Shown: positions 22,741 to 34,124 of the stretch, in pieces
Numbering within the stretch: the stretch's first letter is position 1
Layout of the letters: each line of letters begins with the position of its first letter
NCBI RefSeq assembly: GCF_001194135.2
Contig: NC_068985.1
Location: forward strand, 93,331,721-93,366,054
Direction: 5' to 3'
DNA: 34,334 nucleotides
From: Octopus bimaculoides
Taxonomy: Eukaryota
The notes under the pieces: generated by a model
The model's input: only the letters and a program-made list of their open reading frames with translations
What the model was told of the DNA's origin: nothing
Database searches by the model: none
Program-made: the position numbers and the translations under genes

Positions 22741-23355
22741 CGATAAAATCGTGTCTGCGGCATTAATGGGTTATATTTTTTATTTTCATATTACAATAGT
22801 GATTTGCAAGATTTGTACTAAATGTAGCCAGAAAAAATCTTAATACCTTTCTAGATTAAAGTAAACACCGGAGAAAACATAAATACATTTTAAAAAAACA
22901 GTTTCAGTCATTCACGATTTCTATAGATGTGGATCAGTGGAGAGATTACAATGTCGACAAGCTACTAAAGTTAATGTTAGTCCTTTTCTTCAGAAGGGAC
23001 GTACGGGAAATTGCACCGGAAGAATTAGGTTGAAACAAAGAGAAAAATTGTCGGAAGACAAGGCTTTGATAAAACCAGATAAATATATCAAATCCAAGGT
23101 TGCTTTTAGAAACACTCTCAAATTGTGAGATGTGAATGTCTATTTAATCTTATTAAATAACATTCCATAGAGAGAAAGAAATCAATACACAAGAACAAAC
23201 TACCTAATACATACATACATACATACATACGCACGCACGCACGTACGCACATACACATACATACAAACATACATAATACATACATACACAAACACGCATT
23301 TACATACATAAATATGCACTCACACACATACACACACACACACACACATATATAT

Positions 23356-23576
23356 AGGCGTGGCTGTGTGGTAAGAAACTTACTTCCCAACCACATGGTT
23401 CCGGGTTCAGTAATGGTTTGTGCTGCGAAATCAAGCATTTATATGCAAAAAAGATTGATAAAATAAGTACTAGGCTTACAAAGAATAAACTCTGGGGTCG
23501 ATTTGCTCGACTATAAAGGCAGTGCTCCAGCATAGCCGCAGTCAAATGACTGAAACAAGTAAAAGAGTAAAAGAGT
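23356..23576 (+). mobile_element. composite-family SINE with interior replaced by a 41-bp filler
   Basis: Head aggcgtggctgtgtggtaag...ccgggttcag and tail ataagtactaggcttacaaag...gactgaaacaagtaaaagagtaaaagagt are joined by a filler identical to 24407-24447. Confidence 0.9.
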
Positions 23577-23960
23577 GGTTCCCAACAGCGCTTCCCAAAA
23601 GTGGTTTCCAACAGTTTTCCCACGGACCCATTTTTTATATGCTTAACCTTATGTATATATACGAGGTCTAATCATTGGTGCTGTTAACACCGCCGGATTG
23701 AATGGCTCTGCTCAGGTGTCAAAACTATAATGATATCCGCAAGGCAGCTGATGATGGAAGTATGTTGAGTTGTTGNNNNNNNNNNNNNNNNNNNNNNNNN
23801 NNNNNNNNNNNNNNNNNNNNNNNNNNNNNNNNNNNNNNNNNNNNNNNNNNNNNNNNNNNNNNNNNNNNNNNNNNNNNNNNNNNNNNNNNNNNNNNNNNNN
23901 NNNNNNNNNNNNNNNNNNNNNNNNNNNNNNNNNNNNNNNNNNNNNNNNNNNNNNNNNNNN

Positions 23961-24026
<66 letters not shown>

Positions 24027-24108
24027 AAATTTTGAATTTAGTTCACGGACGCCTGTACTACCTTTGCGGACCAGCAGTGATCCGGTGACCCCAGTTTGGG
24101 AACCACTG
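23573..24108. mobile_element. non-autonomous hAT (Charlie-like) element spanning gap 23776-23960
   Basis: The right end TTTGGGAACCACTG is the reverse complement of CAGTGGTTCCCAAA. The left end is (g)agtggttcccaac with tandem variants and cacggaccc. Confidence 0.55.
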
Positions 24109-24579
24109 ATATATACGCTTCAAAACTGTAGTTTCAATATGACCTTCCCATTTTACTCGAAATATCATCAGGCAACAGATCGTTTTTGATGAGACTGGTG
24201 CAAAAGAAACTCTCTCACATTAAAAAGTTATTCCCGATATCGCAAGAGACAGTAGAAACTATGTGATAACACGTTTTGATTATAAATACCGCTTGTATGC
24301 AGATGCTGTCACTCTGAAAGAACACCTAGGAGATTCCTGTACGGCATGTGGTAATAAAATATCTCAATGTAAACACTGCAGATGAATAACAAAAACCAGA
24401 GGAAAACAGTAATGGTTTGTGCTGCGAAATCAAGCATTTATATGCAATCATAAGTTGTAAGGTGAATAATAGCTTGTCCTAAGATTGAATACAATATTTA
24501 TCCGTGCTACGACAAACCAATTTGGTATGTTAAACTTGTTTTCATAGCTCTTTATATCTGTGGGTTCACAGACACACAT

Positions 24580-24624
<45 letters not shown>

Positions 24625-24769
24625 NNNNNNNNNNTGGAATATCAACTTCTTGTACACCTATCCGACTATTAGATCTATTTGCTGTCATTGCAAGATTCAC
24701 AAAGACCAAATCAACAATCCCCATCCTTTTAAATGAAAGCAGAACGACTGTTTAGAATACTATAAATCT

Positions 24770-25200
24770 TACAGTTTCAGTCATCTGCGTTACTTTTTAC
24801 TTCAGCTCTAAATCCATTGTCATTCTTTAAAGCAAATTCCATTGGTTATGTGTTAGTGTCTAGAAAAGCATGATACACTAATGTAACACATATTTCCTTA
24901 ACGAGTGATCTAAGGATCTATAATGCAAACATTTAAAATGCTGAGAAACATTTATAATGCTGAGAAGCTACTGATAAAAGGATGTAATATTACCAAAAGA
25001 AATGTTTATATTTGCGGGTTTAACGTTGGAAAATTGCTTGTCAAACCAAAAACTATTTATATGAATGGTCTCCTCATCTCTTCTGTTCTACACAATGAGC
25101 GCTACAAATATCTAGATATTGGCGAAATAATTCGTTTAAAGGTGCTGTGAGCAATGATTGAAAATCCAAAATCTATTACACTAGACTTCAAAAAATATGG
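24770..25200 (+). mobile_element. decayed R4/RTE-X-type non-LTR reverse transcriptase fragment
   Basis: ALNPLSF..SIGY..*..THISLTSDLRIY corresponds to ALNPLS...HLLYMDDLKLY, and downstream ERYKYLDI corresponds to YKYLGI. Multiple stops and frameshifts. Confidence 0.65.
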
Positions 25201-25977
25201 CCATCCAACCTTTCCTAATAGAAAACAACTTTCGAGGTACCAATATTCGAGATATTTGTAGGAATAACAACGTTAGTACATTATGTTTTTTTAATTTCAT
25301 CTCTTGCATATTAGCAAAAAGAAAAAAAAACATACCTCTTCCTATCTTCTTGGTATAAAAATGTCTAAGAATTTCACAGAATGTTGTTAGTGGATACAAA
25401 TCCGAGATAGTATCAAAATATAATAGAGATCTCAATTTACAACAAGGTAAGTATATATATATATATATATATATNNNNNNNNNNNNNNNNNNNNNNNNNN
25501 NNNNNNNNNNNNNNNNNNNNNNNNNNNNNNNNNNNNNNNNNNNNNNNNNNNNNNNNNNNNNNNNNNNNNNNNNNNNNNNNNNNNNNNNNNNNNNNNNNNN
25601 NNNNNNNNNNNNNNNNNNNNNNNNNNNNNNNNNNNNNNNNNNNNNNNNNNNNNNNNNNNNNNNNNNNNNNNNNNNNNNNNNNNNNNNNNNNNNNNNNNNN
25701 NNNNNNNNNNNNNNNNNNNNNNNNNNNNNNNNNNNNNNNNNNNNNNNNNNNNNNNNNNNNNNNNNNNNNNNNNNNNNNNNNNNNNNNNNNNNNNNNNNNN
25801 NNNNNNNNNNNNNNNNNNNNNNNNNNNNNNNNNNNNNNNNNNNNNNNNNNNNNNNNNNNNNNNNNNNNNNNNNNNNNNNNNNNNNNNNNNNNNNNATATA
25901 TATATATATATATATATGAGGTAATATCATATATAGAAGTTAACCATAGCAAGAAAGACTGAAGAGAGACTATTATT

Positions 25978-25981
25978 CATG

Positions 25982-26017
<36 letters not shown>

Positions 26018-26087
26018 CTATCATCATCATCATCATCATCATCATCCTCATCATCATTATCATCATCATCATCATCATCATCATCAT
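25978..26087. repeat. (CAT)n microsatellite
   Basis: Directly visible. Confidence 0.95.
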
Positions 26088-26089
26088 CG

Positions 26090-27400
26090 TGGGGTCTTCT
26101 TCGTTATTTTTGTCATTAGTATTATCTATGTTATTGTTTCTCAAATGACTGTGTTTTAATATTGTGTGTTTATTTCTGAGCTGTAGAGTTATTTCTTTTG
26201 AATCGATAGCAGTTTTGTCTAAACTCACTTCTATTCCTTCTAATTTGGAAACCGTTTCTACTAGAGACCAGATTCCTGCTTGTTGATTTATTCCTATTGC
26301 TAAAATGATGGACGTCTCTGAAAGCTTCTGGTTCTGCTACTGTGAAAGGTTCTGTCTGACGTTAACCTATTTTGATTGTATCGTTGATAATTGGGACCTC
26401 GCGCTTGTTTGTTCAGCGCCTTCAGCATCGCTTTTCATGTTATTTTTCTGTAAAAAAAACCCAAAGAGACAAACACATAAACAAATAAATAAAGGCTTTT
26501 TGAGAAGCACCTTCTTTTTGAAATTGCACCTCGTAGCAAAAAATGCATTCTTTTCTTTTACCACATCTGCAATGATATCAGGTGTTTATTTTTACATTCT
26601 TGCCATCATATCTAGTAATTTTCTCGTAATTTTCCATCAGTTTTGTTTTTTCTAATTTCACTTTTTATTTCCTAGTCATTGCTGTCTTTGTATTTCCATT
26701 CGTTTACCTCTGCTCTCAGTTCCAACAATTCAATTTTGTTTTGCATTTCATCAAGAGACAATTTTTCTTGTAGTCTTTTCTGTTGTTTTCTCATTTTTCA
26801 TTTATCAGTTTCAGTTGTAATTTTCTTGGCAATATCAGTGGAATTGAAGCTATTCAACCTCTATAAACTTCCACTTAATTTTTATTTCTCAGCATGCTTC
26901 AAATCCTATCCGGTATTTTATAAGAAAAGAAGCTCTGGGAATAGTTTCAGATGATTGTGTAAGTGGTAACTTACTTGTCTAAATAATTGTTTCGACGTTT
27001 TTGCATGATACTTCCATGTTATTACAGACCCAAGTCTTTATCTTCTTTCTCTTCTTGCTAGATAGTCCCTTGAAATGCCAGGAAATTCCTCCACTATTTC
27101 AGTTATAACGGATAATTTCACAGTAATTTATTTCAGTTCTTTAAGGAATTCTTTACTTATTTCTTTCTCCAACTTATTTACTTCACATGGGATTTTTGTG
27201 AGATTTGCATCACACGTTTTGTAAAAGACGTTTACATAAACACAAAATTCAAATTCTTTAAAGAAAATAAAAGCTGAAAAACCAACTAAATGCTTTTACA
27301 TAATTTCAGAACAGAATAGTAAATAAAAATATTCGAAGATCTTTCCTTCCGAAATACCATCTTTAATTTCCGGTGAGTTTGATTTTTGACTTCATGAAAA
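26090..27400 (-). pseudogene. decayed ORF-like tract (coiled-coil-like, then R/N/S-rich segment); origin unknown, possibly TE gag/ORF1 or PLE N-terminus
   Basis: One frame reads protein-like across several stops: EVNKLEKEISKEFLKELK*...KRLQEKLSLDEMQNKIELLELRAEVNEWK..., later RGPNYQRYNQNR and FRQNCYRFKR. Confidence 0.3.
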
Positions 27401-27477
27401 TTTCAATCTTTTAAAGAATATCTGTATTTGTTTGGGTGTTAAAGCTTCTTTTTGCGATTGCATTTCCTAGTGATTCG

Positions 27478-27610
27478 GTACACACACATACGCACGCACC
27501 TATACGTACACACATAAACCTCACACATATCTACAGCCACACATACACACACATATATACATGTATATATATACACACACACACACACACACATATATAT
27601 ACATACATAT

Positions 27611-27667
<57 letters not shown>

Positions 27668-27810
27668 CATGTATATATGCATATCTATCTATCTATCTCT
27701 ATATGTATATACATACATAGACACACATACACACACGCGCGCACTCATGCATTCGCACACGCAAACGCAAACGCAAACGCACACACACTCACACACATAT
27801 ATACACATGC
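27478..27810. repeat. compound CA/TA microsatellite
   Basis: Directly visible. Confidence 0.9.
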
Positions 27811-28020
27811 ACAGGAAAGTATATATTTTTTACATGATTAGAAGTATAAAGGAAATTGGAGATTTCAAGATTATTTACATTAAATAATTTAACAATTCCA
27901 TGACCTTTCAAAGGTAGTGTGAGATGAAGGCACTTTGAGATGCACCGTAACGGCCTCGGCTCTGGAGTTTGGAATTTCCCTCTTTTTGACGGAGCTATTC
28001 TATTTACCATCCTTTATGAT

Positions 28021-28377
28021 ATCAACGATGAGGGTTCCAGTCGATCCGATCAACGGAATAACCTGCTCGTGAAATTAACGTGTAAGTGGCTGAGCACTCC
28101 ACAGTCACATGTACCCTTAACGTAGTTCTCGGGGGGGATTCAGCGTGACACAGAGTGTGACAAGGCTGGCCCTTTGAAATACGGGTACAACAGGAAGAAA
28201 GAGTGAGAGAAAGTTGTGGTGAAAGAGTATAGGAGGCTTCACCACTACTCCCTGCCGGAGCCTCGTGGAGCTTTAGGTGTTTTCGCTCAATAAACACTCA
28301 CAACGCCCGGTCTTGGAATCGAAACTACGATCCTACGACCGCGAGTCCTCTGCACTAACCTATGGGCCATTGCGCCT
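28021..28377 (-). mobile_element. tRNA-headed SINE, near full length (family of 21648-21895)
   Basis: On minus: aggcgcaatggccc...gtttcgattccaagaccgggcg..., then the central domain gagtgctcagccacttacacgttaatttcacgagcagg. Confidence 0.9.
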
Positions 28378-28400
28378 ACACATATGGATATAGGATAGGA

Positions 28401-28716
28401 GCACTCCGTCGGTTGCGACGACGAGGCTCCCAGCTGATACGATCAACGGAACAGCTTCCTCGTGAAATTAACGTGCAAGTGGCTGAGCACTCCACAGATA
28501 CGTATGTCCTTAATGTAATTCTCAGGGAAATTCAGCGCGTCACAGAGTGACAAGGCTGGCCCTTTGATATACAGGTACTACTCATTTTTGCCAGCTGAGT
28601 GAACTGGAGCAACATGAAATAAAGTGTCTTGCTCAAGGACACAACGCGCCGCTGGGAATTGAACTCACGACCTTACGATTGTGAGTGGAATGCCCTAACC
28701 ACTAAGCCACGTGCCT
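28401..28716 (-). mobile_element. tRNA-headed SINE, full length (family of 4503-4826)
   Basis: On minus: aggcacgtggcttagtggttagggc...gagttcaattccc...gtgtccttgagcaagacac..., central domain, then cgtcgtcgcaaccgacggagtgc. Confidence 0.9.
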
Positions 28717-29029
28717 TCACTTTATGATATAGTTCAACCAGATAAAGATGGTGACGAGTCCACACAGAATCTGATTAGTTTTTGAGACCAATGCTTTTTA
28801 TGTTACGTGACAAGGTGGACGATTATTATAACATACGTCAAATACGCGTTAATCCAGTGAAAGTGTCACGTGACAGTGTGGAATAGCTGAAACAGAAAAT
28901 AAGTTGCTTGCAGACAATTGACCTGAGAATATGCATCTGTATGTTTATGCGATAATGCTTGTCTATGTACTTGTTTGTGGGTGTGTGAGCAACAACTGTG
29001 TAATATCTTGAAGATTTAATGCTACTGTT

Positions 29030-30640
29030 ATTAACCACTGTAAGTTTTCGATGTGTCGTGGCTTATTCAGCCGTGGTTCACACTTTTAATGAATATATTT
29101 GCATTATTTATGTTATTTGTCCGATTTTCATTTATTGTTTTGTTAGAACGAAGTAGAAAAGGTAGAAATGCGATAATTTCTTTGTTGTATAATTTGTTTG
29201 TCTAACTATTCAATTAGAAAAACCTGTCTAATATTAAACTCTCGTATTTGTTGACGATACTTTGTCAATCTATTCTCAAGGTAAGTTTCTTCTTTCTTAA
29301 GGATGTGTTGTTGATGATTAGTTAATCTATTTCTTAAGTTTCTTTTTTCCTAACGATTCTTTATAAAATCCATGACATTTAAGAGTATAAAATTTTTAAC
29401 GAACAAGTAAAGTTATTTTTACAGTGAAAATATGATCTGATTTAAACATAAACAACGCGTCTTTAATATGCTGGTTCTGAAGTGAGGGTAGCCACACTTT
29501 TGACTATTGATGTTTTTGTGGGCAATTTGGACACTGGTAATTTTCCTAGGAATTGTGGTTGTCTTTTGTTTTCTTTATTTTGTGTATTTCAAGGGCCTTT
29601 CGTATTGTTTGTCCTTTCCTCAATAATGAATTATTTTAATGAATATTGTTGCATGTCATTTTATTACTTAGATTGTGCGTTGCAATGTTAGGAATTGTAG
29701 TGGATGCTTCTGAAGTATGTTTGTTCTTCGTAATTCTTAAATGACTATTGATTTAGCGCATTCTGTTCTGTTGTCAATTAACATTGTTTGCTACAGTCTT
29801 TCAACTATATTTGGTTTTCGTTTTTGCAGTTTTATTCCGAGTTTCATAGTTAGAAAACTAATTGCGCATATTTTTCGTGCAAGGTTAGACGGTGTATTTG
29901 TTTTTGTAATATTTAACGTAAAGGAAATAAATATAATGTGACCTCGGTTTACGAACGCATCTCATCACGAGCATATCAGTGTACAAACAAATTTTCGAGC
30001 ATAAAATGTCTCGAGTGACGAACGGTGCCTCGAGTAACGAACAAGCAAGTCAGCAACAACGGTTGGCAACAAGCCGTCTGACGTTTGATCAGTGGCCATC
30101 CCTGCTCGAATTTGCCAGCCCTTCTCTTGAATTTCTTATAGGAAGAAATAGCTTCAGTTTACAAACATTTCGAGTGACAAACGGCCTTCAGGAACGAATT
30201 AAATTCGTAAACCGAGGAACCACAATAGTCTGTATTGTTTGTAATCTGTCGGTTTGTAGTAGATGTAAGTTTTGATCTTTCTGTCATTTTGAATTATTAA
30301 AATGTCCAATAAGGTTGTTTAATTTTGACTCTGTTCCATTGTGAACTGTATATTGTAGTTTGTGTCATTAATTAAGTTTTGAAATCAATGAGCTGGTCAA
30401 AGCCGTGTGTCCACAGAATGAAGCCATCACCTAAGTAACCTTTCCAGTTGTCAAATAGATATTTATGAGACTTGATGACGTTCAGTAGGCTTATGGGTAT
30501 GGGGATGCGTAGGGTGAGTAGGAATTCGCATAAATTATTAGAGGTGGTCAAAGAAAATGATTGAAAGCTTGTTATTGTGTAGAGTGGAGGGTAGGTGTTG
30601 GAGGGTGGTAGAGTTGGACGCTAAGTTGTCCCAAATTGAT
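29030..30640 (-). mobile_element. decayed Penelope-like element (RT C-terminus + GIY-YIG endonuclease + terminal hammerhead-like motif)
   Basis: WKGYLGDGFILWTHGFDQL (YIDD motif), LLDI, KTYIYYKPTDYKQY, TKTNTPSNLARKIC, NNFTCS and LRNRLTNHQQHI are present in PLE order. Many stops. Confidence 0.8.
29936..30225. mobile_element. Tigger/pogo-like MITE nested in the PLE
   Basis: Perfect 14-bp inverted repeat CCTCGGTTTACGAA (29942-29955 / 30204-30217), TA on both sides. The PLE sequence resumes collinearly across it. Confidence 0.8.
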
Positions 30641-30865
30641 TAAGTGAATATATATATATATATATAATATGTGAATAAGAATGGAGATAAATATATCTGA
30701 TAGCGAATGCTTCGATATAATTGAAAATAATTGGGAAACATTTTGGTGGAAATAACTATTTGTTGGTTCGTAAACGAGGAAACAAGAATGGGTATTGGTA
30801 TGTTGAATTATTATGGTTGAGTGCTAGTAGAGTGTTTTATGAGGATGGTAGAATATTGATTTAAA

Positions 30866-31072
30866 ATTTTGGTCCAACGCCACCAAGTTCAGGGGAAAGG
30901 TAAGTCGATTACATTGACCACTATCCTCAGTTAGTACTTAATTTATCGATCTCCGAAGGAATAAAAGGTCATGTCAATTTCGGCAGAATTTGTACTCAGA
31001 CGGTGAACACGGACGAAATACTGCTAAGCATTTTGTCCGGCGTACAAACGATTCTGTCAGCTTTCCACCTTT
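30866..31072 (-). mobile_element. tRNA-headed SINE (family of 32963-33102), diverged
   Basis: aagtcgattacattgacc...gtacttaatttatcgat...cggacgaaatactgctaagcattttgtccggcg. Confidence 0.8.
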
Positions 31073-31254
31073 GGATGGCGGAATATCTTTTTATATCAAG
31101 TGTTGGTGGTATATATACAAAGATACATATTAAAAGGAAGATGCATTCCATCCATACAACTTCTCCGATCACTATTCCTTGGAGGGTCGTGGTTCGATCC
31201 TCGAAGGTAGAGTCCTCAGGCACTTACACCTCATTAGATTTTCGTGTAAGATTT

Positions 31255-31636
31255 TCAGTCATTAGACTCTGGCCATGCTGAGGCACCACCGTGAAGAATT
31301 TTGGTCCAACGAATCGATCCCGTACTTATATTTTTTTTAGCCTAATACTTGCACTGTCAGTTTCTTTTGCCGAAACTAAGTTCAAAACAGGTTGTTAAGT
31401 GGTGGCGATGGTGTTGGTGGTGGATGGAGCGACAACACAGACACAGAAACACAAAGATAGATATATATATCAAAACCGAAATGCCGAGCTTCTTTCGGTT
31501 TACGCCTACGAACTCCACTCACAAGGATTTGGTCGGTCCGAGACTGTAGTAGAAGGCATCTACCCAAGTTTCCACACAATGGAACTGAATAATGGAACTT
31601 CGTGGTTACGAAGCAAAATTCTTGCAACACAGTTCA
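31255..31636 (-). mobile_element. diverged composite-family SINE
   Basis: ttcagtcattagactctggccatgctgaggcaccacc...cttctttcggtttacgcctac...ggaactgaa... Confidence 0.7.
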
Positions 31637-32499
31637 TGGTATGAAATTCATTTTTATTGCTCCGCTTTGGTCGCCAATGCCATGTATTTAGCTTTAAATG
31701 CTGTAAAAATAGGGAGGTCAGTGGGGCCCCAATTAGGCGGCACTTAAAAAATTAAGCCCCCTTAGGATATTTCCTGGGATTAGTAGAGTTGCTGGTTTGA
31801 GTTTCGTTGTCCTTGTTCCAACGGTCTTGGAGGAGTTAACGAACATAAAAACGTAACGGACAGAGAAACATCACTCAAATTATATATATGTATATATATA
31901 TAAAGGTGAAGAAAACTCATGGCCCCCCCCCCCCCCNNNNNNNNNNNNNNNNNNNNNNNNNNNNCCCCCTCACAAATCACGAAACAACCTAATGTTTTGT
32001 GAATGCCCTTTGACAGCAATGATAGTCTTGTTCACATCATTCATATCACCATACTTTTCTACAGTGTCTAACACTTCACAACCAATGCCTGGCGATAGAT
32101 CATACAATGAGTAGGTTCAATTTTAAGGTTTTGATTTTTCGCCAAGATCGAAAACTACTGACATAAACTAAACTTGGCTGGAGATCTGTCAAAAGACACA
32201 CCAATATGGTCTACTCACTATATGTCAACGCCTACAGTTCTGTAACACGCATTTACTTTTTCTTAAAGACATAAAATTCCATTATAAGTGGCTTTAAATT
32301 TTAATATAATGATGAAAAATAATTTGCAAAATATAACTTAGCGGCTCGTCATAAGACTTACATAAAATAAATAACAGGCTGTAAAAGAAAAGATACTGGA
32401 GTAGGTTCGTTAGACTAAAACCTCGTCAAGGCGGTGATCTCACTATGACCGCAATTCAATGACATAAACAAGTAAACTATAAAAGATATAAAAGTTACC

Positions 32500-32752
32500 T
32501 TATTTACATTTGACGGATATTTGTGCTCATCTTGTTTGTTGTTAACACAAGGTCTCGGCTGATATACCCTCCGCCTTCATCAGGTGACTTGGGGAAATTT
32601 CGAACCTGGGTTCTCATTCCTAAGCTATTTTTCGATGTTATTATTATTATTATTATTATTATTGTTGTTGTTGTTGTTCAGGTCACTGGTTGGAATCGAA
32701 CTCGGAATCTTGGGGTTAGTAGCCCACGATCTTAACCACTACCCCATATGCC
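32500..32752 (-). mobile_element. tRNA-headed SINE with internal (AAT)n and Penelope/hammerhead-like 3' module
   Basis: The head on minus is ggcatatggggtagtggttaagatcgtgggctactaaccccaagattccgagttcgattcc (clear A and B boxes). It is followed by (aac)/(aat)n, then cacCTGATGAaggc...gccGAGACcttgtg. Confidence 0.8.
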
Positions 32753-32962
32753 TCAACTCTTAAGTATAGAACTATATAAAAGTTAATTTAGGGCAATAAC
32801 AAAATTAAATAAGTTAGTAGAATAATGTTTTGTCAGATTCTAAAGTGCCTACCTGATCGCTGTTGTTTTCTGTCATCGGAGAACACCTCCTACATTTCGG
32901 CGATCAGATATTCACGTTCGGATCAGCCCAAAACGAGCGTTATGTTCTTGATTCTCGAGTGG

Positions 32963-33102
32963 ATGAAGTCGGCAAGCTGGCAGAAACGTTAACAGGCCGT
33001 GCGAAATGCTTAGTGCTATTTCGTCTGCCGTTATGTTCTGAGTTCAAATTCCGCCGAGGTCGACTTTGCCTTTTATCCATTCGAGGTCGATAAATTAAGT
33101 AC
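32963..33102 (+). mobile_element. tRNA-headed SINE 5' portion
   Basis: ggcaagctggcagaaacgttaac...gagttcaaattccgccgaggtcgactttgcc...ggtcgataaattaagtac. Confidence 0.85.
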
Positions 33103-33315
33103 ATTAACAAATATATCTTGAAGAATTCGTACAATTTTTGACGCTTCTGTTATAGCAAATTATATAAAAAATACTCTTTTGAGCAAAATATATTTTATCA
33201 ATTGATAATCGCTTGATTCTCGGCTTCAAAAAGTTATGGACAACTGAAAATGTAAAGCAATATTACTTTTTATACCCAGGATAGGTGTAACAGTGTTAAT
33301 ATTGTTACTACATTA

Positions 33316-33316
33316 A

Positions 33317-33379
<63 letters not shown>

Positions 33380-33402
33380 TGTGTGTATTATATATATATA
33401 TG
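33316..33402. repeat. (TA)n(TG)n microsatellite
   Basis: Directly visible. Confidence 0.95.
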
Positions 33403-34124
33403 TTTATATCTTCATTTATTATATTATATATGAAGTTTGACGACCGTAGATTCAGTTGTTTTGAGCAGAGAAAAATTATTACTCGCTAAAATTTTCACAT
33501 CTCACTTGACATAAAATTTCATATAAAATATAATTTGCCTCTCATGACACTGTACGGGTGTAAAAATGAAGAAAAGCGAGAAAAAAGGTAGAAGCTTTTA
33601 AACAAATAGACACAAACTGATAATATTCGGAAAATTTAGAAGCACTTCACATTTATTTAACAAAATAAAAATATTCGCAGAAATGATCAGCTCAAAGTGT
33701 TAAGCAATATAAGCACCTCTTCGCATTATGATAAAATAATATACGTGAAAAAGGCACAACTGAAGTAGCTGTCATGCTGCAAGCATGGCGCCGAGGGTTT
33801 TTTGTTTTCGTTTACTCCATTTAAAATAATTTGTTCGTGTTCTCCGAAGCGATTATCTCGTTAAGTGAATTAAAAAAAAAAAACATAGCTTAAAGGTATT
33901 GTTGATTCCTATCGCAGTAACTATTTCACGTTCTGTAGTAAAGCATCTGAATGGCAAGAGACGGTTGATAGCTAACGTAGCTTCTGATATTTAAAACAGT
34001 CTAATCATAACGACAAAATTAGAGGCGTTCGATACATGTTCTGGTATCAATCGGAATAGCATCAAGATAAAGTTGAGGATCTAAACGGTGCGTTTAAAAC
34101 ACACTATAAAAGCAAATAAAACAG

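Noticed and set aside
25380-25452. 67-nt open segment ending AAG|GTAAGT on plus
   Set aside because: Lies in or next to the decayed RT remnant with a weak acceptor; cannot be distinguished from chance.
28670-28716. tRNA-like sequences (also 32690-32752, 18676-18740, 2064-2110)
   Set aside because: These are SINE heads: A/B boxes run into SINE bodies and there is no complete cloverleaf.
31720-31900. Possible Helitron/Helentron-derived short element end
   Set aside because: Only a vague motif resemblance, with no clear terminal hairpin or ends; adjacent to a gap.
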